Positions 42,301-54,300 of a stretch of 64,000 bases of DNA are shown piece by piece. The notes under the pieces were generated by a model, which worked only from the letters and a program-made list of their open reading frames with translations, was not told the origin of the DNA and made no database searches. The translations under genes and the position numbers were made by a program. Position 1 is the stretch's first letter. The number at the start of each line of letters is the position of its first letter. The stretch spans positions 434,001 through 498,000 of the forward strand of contig CM102286.1 of assembly GCA_046563655.1 (NCBI GenBank), read 5' to 3'. This DNA is from Yuukianura sp. NJ FZ-2021. Its lineage: Eukaryota.

Positions 42301-45300
42301 ATGGAAAGAGTTGCAAAATGTATTGTAGTAAAGAAAAAAAATTAAGTTTCGAGAGGAAAATTCATGAACTTTTTTGGGTATTGGAGTGAAAAATTACATT
42401 TTGAGATAATTTGGGAACTTTTTTTTTCGTTTTTGGAGGATTTGGAAGACGAAAGGCGGGAGATTGGATAAAAGGAGGCGGGAAGATTAGTTTTTGAAAT
42501 TGGGCGTTGGCAAAGAGCGTCTTTCACTTCCGTGCAAATTTAACAGTGTGCGAATTGAATTTTTTGTGAGCGTGAGGAGGTTGGTGCTTTCTGTTTTTGA
42601 GAGGCAGGGCCTTTGAGAGTGGAGAGTGAAAGCAAGGTGCAGGAAGGAGGCCCGTTAGCACGTCCGTGTGGGTGGGCTTGCGCGGCGGGAGGAAATGAAA
42701 ATTTGAAACTCGTCTTCAAAAGTTGTTCAAATGAGGACGCGGAAGTTTCCGGTTTTCGGTGGTCGTTCGTCCAATGGCAACATTCCGCTCTGGAACTGTC
42801 CAAAGTGAAAGTCTTCTCACGCTCAGGTTTTTCACACTTTCACTTTCATCCCTCCGCGTGATTAGCACGTACCACACCAAAACGGCATTCCACTACTCAG
42901 TTTTAGTTGCAACTAAAATTTTGGCGGGAGACTCAAAAAAGTTGTTGAATTTGAAGACATTTTTTCAAAATCTTAAGACTTTGATTTGATTAAAATCAAC
43001 TTGAGCAAAATCGCTCTGAATTCTGCTTGTGTTTAAACACGTTTCAAAGTTCAGGTGACAAAATTTTTAAATTGAGTCACGATTTTGACTTGAGCGTGTC
43101 CAAGGTTACGGTCACTTGGCACGACTTTAAAAAAAAGTGTTTTTGACCGCCAAAGTTTAAAAAGTGTGCTTTTCCAGCTTCAGCTGTGGAATATCCAGGT
43201 CAGTTCGAGTTTCAAGTTTTCAAAAATTTAAAATTTTCAAAATTTTTAATCTTTTCAATTTTATTTTTGATTATAATAATTGTAATACTTAGCCTTTTCA
43301 AATATTGCCAGAATTGAATTCCAGTAGAATGTTTTGGGCGGAACGCCAAAAAATTATTTTTTTTTGACAATTTTTGAATGAGTTGAGAATTTTTCTGTTG
43401 AAAAACTTTTCGTACGTGCTTTGCATTTTTGAGAGGGAAAAACTGAAATGTAAAAGTGATTGTTAGAATGTCAGCGACACTGGTAGAGAGTGATTAGTTG
43501 GAGCAATGAGGCGAGATGAGACAGTGGAGAATTCAAACTAATTTGAGGCTTTGTGTGGTGGCTAATTTGGGCATGATTCTTTGTGACCATTTGTAACGCT
43601 TCACTTATTTTCCCGCACTTTCCCTTTGCTTCTGCTCAGTAACTTAAAAATTTCAACTTCAATTTGAGCATCACCAAAAAAAAATTCATAGTAGCAGACG
43701 CATAATTTTCAAGAAAAAATTCAGTACGAAGATTCCCTTGCAAAACTTTTGTAGAATGGTAGGTTTAAGTTTAAAGTTACAAAAAATTTCACCTGGAGTT
43801 CAATTCTGGCAGAGAAATTGTTAGGCTATGTTAACAGTACAAGTTGAAACTGAAGTTGAAAGTTGAAACCAAAGTTGAAACTGAAGTTGACCTTTGACCT
43901 TAGTCAACCTGGCTGGACCATGGGGGAGTGTCCCAGGGCTGGGGGCCATGCTCCCTTATGGCGCCGTGACAGCCATGGACTACGCTGTGGCCACTGGCTC
44001 CTTCCACCCTCGCCAGTCTCCCGTCAACCCAGCTTTCACTCACTCATGGCAAGTTCACTTTTTAAAACTAAAAGTCTAACTTTTTAAATCTCACTTTTCT
44101 AAAAGCCTTTTAAATCAAAACTTTTTGAAAAACTTTGAGTGTTTTTGTACTTTTAGGTCAAATCTTGGTGAAAACTTTGTAAAGTTAGTGTGAAGTGGTA
44201 GTTAGAGGAGGCAGTAAAATTATAGTTTATGAGATGGGTGATTCCGTTGATAGAAATGGACACAATTTGGTTTCACTTGTCCAGAAGAAGACCCGGGAGA
44301 TTCAGTTATTATCCCTCCCATTTCCACCCGCCTAACTTAACACATAGCCTAACTTTCACTTCCATAAAACTTTCTCCTCAATTCCCTCCAGAAGCCAAAG
44401 TAAAAGAAATTGTTTCGTATCGTTTTCATTAGGAAAGATCTCTCGCACCTCAGGGAATTCACAACTCAAACCTCCCACACAGCGGGAAACCAAAATTCAA
44501 AAACTGAAAACCAAAAAAGTTAACATTTCAGCACACGTTATATAAATTTTCATGACCTTTGACCTCTGACAAGGTTACGTCAAATTACTAGTCCATTAGT
44601 CCATCGAATTGGTCACGGCAGGGCTAATCTGACATTTCTGAGGTTTAGCCTACCCCTGTGTGTGTTTCGAACTAAAAGTGACGCGCCTTTCCTCATAGTC
44701 ATTGATAAATCTTTGTTCTGCTGCTCATATTGTTGTTTGTACGGAGATCAGTATGGGGTTCCCGCCGACATTCGAATCGACCAAAACTAAAGTTTTAGTC
44801 CGAGTGACAACTTGAACCAAAAACTTGTGTGTTACAATATTAATGTGTAAATTATGGTAATTGAGGCCAAGGAGAGAGGGAATCCCATTATTAATAGCAA
44901 AGTGAACTCACACTTTCCCTGTCTTTCTCTTTGAACTTCTTTTGGTCACTTTGGAATTTGACACTCTCACTTTTTTTTAAAATTGATGATCCAGAGTCTC
45001 ACTGGGGACTTGAAGGGGCCTCTGCTGCTAGTCTGTCCAGTTCCAATTCAAACAGGAATTTTAGATTTCAAAAAACGGTTTTAGGAGAGGATGAGATGAA
45101 AGCAATTCCAGAGAGAGAGAGAGAATTTCAGTGGAATGGAATATGAGGGGAGAAGGTTTTCTGGTGTCGATTAGATTTCTCCGGACGTTGTACGAAGCAA
45201 GAGCTTCCTTTAATTTATTTATTAACGGTCATTGGAAAGAGACTTTTTTTGTCGGAATCAAGTGAGGAGAAGCTTTTCGGGTTTTTCGGAAAGGTCAAAG

Positions 45301-48300
45301 AGTTTCTCTAACTCTTTTTTTACTCAATTCCGAAAAAAAAGTGACAATTCCCAAAAGACTTTCACTTTCACTAACTTAACGGCCGTACAAGAAAAAAAAA
45401 AGAGAAACAAAAAATTTTTGTTTTAAAATTCTCCAAAGTTTTAAAATACGCAAGCACTGTTTTTATTTTCTAAAACAAAAAGTGAGATGAACAGCTTAAA
45501 GTTACTGGCAAACTTTAAAAAAACGAGACAAAAAACCTATTTATTCTGGTTGTTAAAAATTTGTGTCATTTTTTTTAATTTTTTCAAGTTATTAAAAGTT
45601 GTTCATCATTGTGAAAGTCTACGGTGGTGAAAAAATTAACGTAAAAGAACGGAGTGTTGAAAAGTTTGTGGAAAAAGTGGAGAGATGTGATTCAAATGGC
45701 GCCGGGATTAAAAGAAGCGGGAATTTGAAAAGCTATAGTTTATGTTGGGCTAAAGATTGAAGTTATTGAAGTGGACATTGCCTCCCCCGTGTTATCTAAT
45801 CATCACTTTCCATCTTCCTTGCTCACTTTTATGGTTCCCAGAGGACTCTGTCCCACATTGTTCTTTCCCGTTTAAATGAATGGGGCACTTTCTCCACTCT
45901 CTCTTGAGACTTGTTGCCTTTCACTTAACTCTCCTCGCCCCCTCTTCACCCCCTCCCCCTCACCCCCCTACGGAACAAGGACATTCCAGGACGCTGATTT
46001 AGGAGACAGGAAATGACCCTGCACAGGGTCAATCCAATGCCAAATAACAACGGATCATAAATACCGACGCCAGAAATTGGACAAGGAACAGAGAAGTTGG
46101 TTAGGTTAGTCCGTTAGGCTAAGAGAGACTAGGTTGGGACATTAGGTTAGGCTAGACGTTAGGTTGGTCCATTAGGCCAAGGTTCAAGTGAGTCAAATCT
46201 CATTACACTCTGCTCAAAGGCTGTTTATCTTTATGAGAATCCAAAGAATAATTGAATCCTTTCACACCTCCAGGCCAATTCCAACTCCACTCGATCCATC
46301 CAAGCCCCCGGGAGACTTAAATAAACTCAAACAATTCAAAAAAAAATCCAAAAAAGAGAACAATTTGGTGCCCCCTCTTTCAAATTTTGAAGAATCAGCA
46401 AGTGGACGGATCTGTATTTGAAATTGGCGTTTCATAAAAACAGTTTTTGGATGTTTTGCCAAACGTAGAAGTTGTACAATTGACAGTTTTAATTTTAGTG
46501 ATTGAAAATATTTTTTTATTTATAAAAAAATTGAAATGAATTTTGTTAAATAGTATTTTGGAGTTGAGGAAAGAAAAGTCGCGAGATGCAGCTCGGAGTC
46601 GACGTGGGAAAGAAAATTACGAATTTTATGAATTGGCCAAAATGTTGCCTCTGCCGCCCGCCATCACATCGCAACTGGATAAAGCGTCAATCATTCGCCT
46701 CACAATTTCATATCTACGACTCAAGGATTTTTCAGCACACGGTGACCCACCCTGGGTCAGAGAAACAAATACAACACAAGGCAAGAAAGGTGAGTGCAAA
46801 AATTAAAAAATGTAGACACTTTTGTAGGCCACAATTTCAAATTTTAGATACATTTAAATTCCCAAATTTACAAAATCAGACTCCAAAACACAATTTTTAG
46901 CCCATATTTAGTTATTTTACTATCTATAAAAAGTATTGGAAGCCCCTCATCTCCTGGTGACGTAATTTTCTGAAATGACTTCAAATTTTGAAAAGTTTGA
47001 AATGACTTCTGGATTATTTATGACAATTTCAAAATTTCATGAAATCAAAACCTACCCGCTTTCAAGCGGGGTCGATTTCAACCTCAAATCCTTTTTATGC
47101 GGTTCGTTACTCTCTCTTGTGATGAACGCGAAAAAAAAAATTTTCAGAGGGTGAAATCGATTCTACCAAAAATAAATAAAAGGGTTGTGAATTCTCAAAA
47201 AAATTCAGGATTCGAAAAAGCAAATCCCGAAAACTCACCACAAAATCCACGTTTTTTCAAATATGTGCAGCTCCCGCACTTAATATGTTTTGTAAATATT
47301 TTAAAAGTAAAAAACTGAACCTCCCCAAGCCGCCTTGTCAGCATTTCAGCTTCTACTTTTTGTATTTTCCAAAATCCCTTTGTCAACAACACTCCACTCC
47401 ACTGGAAACGCACAAATCAAATCACGGTTTTCAAAAGCGCGGCGCAAGACTCGACCAGTTTAGTTCTATTTTAATAGAAGCCGCACTTTCCAAAATCAAA
47501 ACCAACACATAATTCAATCTAACCTCCCTCCAAACTACACTTCAATCCAAAAGACACAAATGAGCAAATTAAATTATTTGAGCACAACTCTACAAACTTT
47601 CAAAACCAAAAAGGGCGGCAAGCGGCAGTAATTTCGCGGGTTTTTTGAAAAAAAAAGCAAGAAAAAAGTATAGGAGTTCATTTCAAAGAGAAAGAGAAAA
47701 ATAAGTAAAGTTGAGTTCAGTGAATCAGAGGAATTTTTTATTTCATCAAACCCAGCCTTTCACATAGTTACTCCCTCCGTTCTTCTTCTCAAATAGTTAC
47801 TCCCTCCGTTCTTCAAAGTAGAGTGCCTAACCTAGCTCAACCTAACGAAGTACAACTTTGTACTATTTGACAAAAGCACAAATTTTCGTACAAAAATCAA
47901 CGTTTTTTCTACTCAATTTGAGAAAGTGGAGTTTTTTTTTCTCCAAAAGTGAAGCACACTCTTTCCGCCGTCTATAATTCCATCTAATTTTTTTCTTCTA
48001 GTAAAAGCCTCTAGTTAGCTTCACTTGGCGGGAGAATCAAACAGACAAAAAGCAAAAGCAATTTTGATTGAGCCGTTCAAAAAAAAGTGAAAGTCAGCTT
48101 TTTTGAGACTTTGCCGCCTTTTTCTTCAAAAGAGAAGAAAAGTGGATTGAATTAAGGACTTTCCTTCTTGTTTTCACACTTTTCAAACAGAACTGAAACC
48201 TGGATGGAGAAAAGTGGCCACAGACGACGTGGAGAAAGTCGGGTTTTTACTTTCTCCAGGAAGCTAGCTTGATTGATATAAAAGTATCACCGTATGTTAT

Positions 48301-51300
48301 GTTATATGCTTTATATAGTACTAACTTTAGCTTGCGAAATTCAACTTTTCGAATTTTCCCGGGAGAGTTGGCAGCAGTTTCTTCTGTGAAGCTTCAAAAA
48401 ATCCAAAAACAGAAGTTAATCTTTGAGATAAAAAGGTGAAGAAAAGTTTTTTTTTGTGGGGAAAATGAAAAGTTTGAAGAAAAAATGAAGTTGGCGATAC
48501 CTTTTTCGAAATTTTTTGATCTTAGAAATCCAGTGCAGCAGAAGGAGTTGGAGTTAGTGAAACTCTAAACTTTTTTGTGAGTTTGTTGGTCACCAGATTG
48601 ACATTCAGCCCACGATGGAAGTGAAAGTACATGGTCATGTTAGGCTTCAAAGTGCATAAGAAAAAGAGAGAAAGCAGGAGAAAGCTCTCATTTACTTAAC
48701 CTGGAAGGGCTTAAAAAGGCGGCAAAACCAAAAAATCCAAGGACAAGCGGATCTTCTCTTTGTCCATCACCAGTTTTTTTGGAAATGGCAGAAAAAAGAG
48801 AAAGATGCTGTCAGTGGAGGAGTATGGCGAAAAAGCGGGAAATTTGAAATGAAAAGGAAGGAAGGTTGGGTAGGAAGTTAATCGGTATTCAGGTTGTGAA
48901 ATTCGGTTGGCTGTTGTTAGCAGTCCGAAGGAGAGAGCGGGTAGTGTGCGTGACGGGAATAAGGAACCGTTCAAAGGCAGCGCACGAGACCAGCAAACTT
49001 AAGTAGCTTCGCTCTCCGTCTTCTGCTGCAGCGGCAAAATCCTGTTTGAACAAACCTCTCTTTGAAGAAAGTAAGTTTTCTTCCAGTCTGCGTTGAAAGA
49101 TGCGCTCCAAGTGAGGAAAATATTTGTGCAGTGCTGGAGGGACAAAAAAATAGAGTAAGTAGAAAGTAAAGAAATAAAAAATTTGAACTCTTCTGGCAAA
49201 AAAATGACAAGTTTTTGGATTTTTTACTTTACAAAATTGAGGAAAATCCAAACACTGTATTTCCTCGCATATAACACGCGTATTATCTGTGAAATTCTGA
49301 AACCGCTTTTTGCATAATGGAGGTGCTGGTATCTGAGGGTGCGTGTTATACACAAGTAAATACGGTATTATTTGTTTGTAGGTTTGGATTACCGTATTTC
49401 CTTGCCTATAAGACGCGTCTTATTTGTGAAATTTTCAAATCGCGTATCGTGTAATTGAAATGATCCTGCGAAAATTTGATAGTTGCATCTTATACAATGG
49501 TGCATCTTATACACAAAACACCAAGCAATAGTTGACAAACTGTGTCATAAAATGTTAAACTTTTGTCGAAATACTTTAAATTTTTGCGTGGAGTTTTCGC
49601 TTGGTGAAATATAAGTTTGAGTTTCAGAAGTAATCAAGAAAAGGGAGCTGGAATTAGAAAAACAAGTCAAAAAATTAGGAGGCTGTCAGTTGTGCTGGGA
49701 TTTTGTTGAGTGTCGTAGTTACTCCCTCTGTGACAACTTAATATCCGCCAAGGATGAAATAGTGGCGGGAAAAGAGACACTTTTTGAATTATTGGGTCCC
49801 ATGATCTTGTTCCATTTAGAAAACAGGAGGACAGAACAGAGAAAAAGTGAGGAAGTTGATTAGAGGGGAAGATTTCTCAACAACACAAGCAAAACGGCGG
49901 CGAGGGTGCAACACTCTAATTTGGAGGGAGTTTTTGAAAATGCTAAATTTGAATCTACCCGCTTCTTCAAATTACAAATTTTAGCTTACTTTAGTTCAAA
50001 TTCTGAAAATCCAAGTTTGAATTACGATACGGTGTTTTTGTTGAAGAAAACGATGGTTGGCTTTTAAACCTTGGCGGGGAATTCAAAATTTCCAAAGTCG
50101 TTTGGCGTCAAGTTTGGGATTTTCTAATCTAAAGCCATGTTCAAGATAATTTTGGTTTTTTAAAAAACTTTTGTTTAAAAAACTTGTCCATTTTTGTTTT
50201 AGGGAACGTTCGGAGTCGGTCGCTTGGCAACGCTACGCTTGACCTCTTTGAGCAACACATTGGAACGCACATTCTTCAGGTACGACACTTTTTTTTCAAA
50301 ATGTAATGGCTTTTCTTTGTTTTTCAAAAATCTGTCCAATCTAATCTCAAATTCTAAATTAATTTACCTCCAATTCTACAAAGATTTCTGGTACAGACTT
50401 CATTTTCAAAATTTATCTCCATTTTTTCTTCCTTTTTTTACGGTGCATTATCTAAAACACTTTCCATTTTAGTTACTTCAAAGCAAAAACAAAAAGATTT
50501 TTTGGAGTTAGACAGAAAAGGCGTTCCCACTTTTCATAAAATGAGAAACAAAAAAGTGTTTTAATTCCTTCATCCCCTCGAGCAATTTTAGAGTGCTGCT
50601 CCCCCTCTTTTCAAAAACTTAAAAAAAACGGTTTTAACCTAGTAATTATGATTTTATTTAAATTACTAAAAAGTTGAGGCTTTCAGGTTTACTTTTTAAG
50701 TGATGACAAGTTTCAGTTTTTTAGGTTTTGAAAACTTTTTAACCAAAACTGTTTTTTTTTCATAAAATTACAGTCTTTGGATGGGTTTGCGTTTTCATTG
50801 GCAGCAGATGGAAGGTTCCTGTACATCTCTGAGACAGTTTCCATCTACTTGGGATTATCACAGGTCAGACAACTTAAGTGATCTTCATCTTTACTCAAAT
50901 TATCTTCTCCAACGCCTCTGATGATAAAGTTTAAGCTTTCACTTTTCAAAGTTCCACATGATGTCTTTTTTAAACAATTTTTCAATCACTTTCAAAAAAA
51001 GGTACAAAAATTTTCAAAAAATACCATCATATCAGTGGCTTTACGATGGAAAAAAAATTAATAAATTTTACAAAAGTCATAAAAAAAGTTACAGTCCTTT
51101 AAAAATGCCAGTAAAAAACGGTGCAGTTGTCTAGTCGGAATGAATTCCTTAATTAGTTTGGGCTGATTTTGTTTGTTCAAAATTTTGAATTTTTTTTTTG
51201 AAAATTTTGAAAACTAGGTTGAGATGACGGGTAGTAGTGTGTTTGACTACATTCATCAAGGTGATCACTCCGAGTTGGCCGAACAGCTTGGACTGGGCTT

Positions 51301-54300
51301 AGCTCATGGACCTGGTGCTAATGTTCCTTCGCCGTCTGGATCTGACGATGGATCCTCCAACTCTGCCACAAACAATCCCGATGGTAAGTTCGAAATTTCG
51401 AAAAAAAAAATCAAAAATGGAAAAATTTTGAAAACGACGTTCACTTGTTTTCATGTTTTAGACACTTGGTTTCATCAGTTTTTCCGCTGTTGCGTTGCGT
51501 TTATGAGCCGAGAATTTGAGTTTGTTTGAAATTAGGCTCCTTTTAATTAGTTTTTGTGAGGAAAGTGCACTTTGTTCCTTATCCGAAGAAACTGCATTTC
51601 CCGGGTCACTTAAAATGCACAACGCAACTTTCCTTCTTGGTTTCACCTTCTTTTGTTCAACTTTGAAATTCAATTCAAGTTAAACACGGAAATTTAAATT
51701 TCTAAAACCTAAAGGAAGAAAGTTGGTGAAAGTCAGAAGTGAAAGGAGGAGAAATAGTTACTCCCTCTACACGGAAACTCAAACTGTCATTTTTCCTCAT
51801 TCCAATTATTTCGAGACGGGTCATATCTCATAGTTGAGGACGTGCGAACAATCCGAAAGCAGATCTTTACAAAAAATGAAAAAGCATCTCTGCGCGCGCA
51901 GATTTTTTGTGAGTGCCGCACCCGTAGTGGTGCGGTGCAAGAAATATAGAGGCCTAACTACGTGACTTTTCCAACTAAAAAGTCTCCAGAGAAATCTAGG
52001 ATCCAAGGCGCTAGATTCGAACAGCAAAAAAAGTTTGAAAAGTTTGAAAGCTTAGCACGGGAATTGCTGAAAGTCCATTTTTTGTATTTGATTTTTATGA
52101 AGTTGACTTTTATCATGACTTCAAATCTGTCAAATTCTCAAAACAATGCAAGAGTAAGTTCTAAAAATAGAAATAAAAAATTATTCAACTTTTTTGAAAT
52201 CATCATCCATCACTGTTCGATTTTGAAATAAAACGATAGTACACAAGTGTTTAAAAAATTATAAACATTACACAAGTTGTTTAATAAATATAAACCTGCG
52301 TGTACAACGCATGCGTAACAATGAAGTTTTTTAATACTATGATAAATTAATAAGAATGAGTTAACCTCTGCACTTCCACACACTTTGATTGATGGACACC
52401 CCTTCCTCTTTTTCATTGTTGTAATCAACAGTGACAAGCAAATAAACTTACATTTATTATCCTTTATTGTTAAAAGTCAATTTAAAAGTTAAATTCAAGT
52501 TGACCTCACGTGACCTTGGAATTTTTAAAAAGCTAGGCAAACAAAATACTAATGTTAAAATGTTAAATTTTGCAGTTTCCTCCTTGATGTCAATTTCGAG
52601 TAATTTGGGCTACAAGGGCATGGATCGAGCGTTCTGTATTCGCATGAAGTCAACCCTAACCAAGAGAGGATGTCACTTCAAGTCTTCAGGGTATCGAGTA
52701 AGTCAAATTTTCAAATTTTTGAAAAAAAAAATTGCACCAAAACTTATTTGAACGGCGGGAAAATTTGGAGTATAAATGTGATCAGACAGACAGGCGGACA
52801 GAGTCACATAAATAGTCTAAAAAGTGGAGAAAATGTATAAAACGGCAAAATGTGTGAAATTTGAAAATTTCCCGCTAAAAAGCGTAACAGCTTGGCCTAT
52901 ATTTCTTGGAATGGCTGTAAGCAACCAAAAAAGCGCGGGATAGTTTGAATTTTGAAAATAATTCAAATAAGTTATGGCGCCCATTATCTATTTTAGCGAA
53001 ATTTAGTACTTTTAGTCTCAAGGGCCTCTTTAGAGTGGATTTAAAGACCAAAGTTTGGTTGGGACAGGGTGAAAGTTATGGTTGATCGTGTTGTGCGATT
53101 AGCCTACTCTTTAGATTCAACCTAGTCATTCATAACCTAAAACCTAACGAAATGCTAAACCTAACTAACCTAATCTCTACAACCTACTCTTGTTTGAACA
53201 AGTTTGAACAACGATCAAGGAAACATCTCAATTTCCTCCTTCCTCATTTCCATTCTAATGAGTTCTATGAGCAAATTTATTCCTTTTGCTAAACAAAACA
53301 AATAAAATATATTATAAATAATTAATTCTTATAAATCAATTAATTATTATTTTTAGGTGGTGTTAGTTTTATGTCGTCTGAGACCGCAGTATTCCTTTTC
53401 GCACACTCGCAAGTCACCTCCACCATTGTTGGGCATGGTAGCTTTGGCTATTGCTCTGCCACCACCATCCGTACACGAAATACGTCTCGAGTCGGACATG
53501 TTCGTCACTCGACTAACTTTTGATTTCAAAATGATCCACTGCGAACCTAGGTAAGATTTAAAAAAAGTTTTTGAAAATTTTTCAAATTTTTGAATAAACA
53601 GTTTTCCATGAAAAATGTATTTCAAAGGAATTTATTTGCCATTTTGGGGCTCCTGAATGTTAAAGGCGTTCATTTTCTTTGAATTCTTTCTTTTTTTTTG
53701 AAAAGTTGCGCTTCTCCACTTTGTGATCTTATCAACTAACCCCAAATTGGTTCAAATTTTGAAAGAAGCAGAAGAATGTTACAAAGAGGATTTTGTAGCC
53801 AGTGGCTAACGTTGAAGTTTAGTTTTACAAATTACAGTGTGTTGGTGCACAAGTAGTTACTTCCTCCTACTTTCAAATTATAATTGACAAGACACAGTTG
53901 CAAACCTCCACAAAGGAGATCCAAATCACACCCAATTACGAACCTGAATAAGGAGAGAAACACTTTGGACAAAAGGAATTTGCAAAGTGCGGAAAAAATA
54001 ATAAGGATGATCCATTTCAAAGTCTACTTTGAATTTTACCAAAATCCCGTTCTCAAAAAGCGTTTTTTACCGGCACATGATTTGTGTCCAATTTGTTTTT
54101 TGGACAGAACCTATCATTAACTTTTTTCAAAAAAAGTAAAACATCAGCACAAAATGCGTCGCTTGGGGCAATGTGCAACAATTTTTAAATTCCGACAGAA
54201 AAAGTCAACCAGAAAATTTTGAATTTTCGCAACGCCACTCAAGAAAAGAGAAAAAAATTAGAGAATTTTACAAAAAGTTGACAGGTTCTTATTCATTTTA

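Noticed and set aside
376..43900. The many 60-150 aa ORFs in the track (e.g. 4393-4797, 26633-27085, 27079-27495, 35858-36229) as nested genes
   Set aside because: They are F/K/L/N-rich translations of A/T tracts, many with non-ATG starts, with no domain motifs or coherent splice structure.
52698..53356. Optional PAS-A insert exon like the one I recall in Drosophila Trh
   Set aside because: No convincing exon with paired splice sites; the flanking exons join directly in phase 0.
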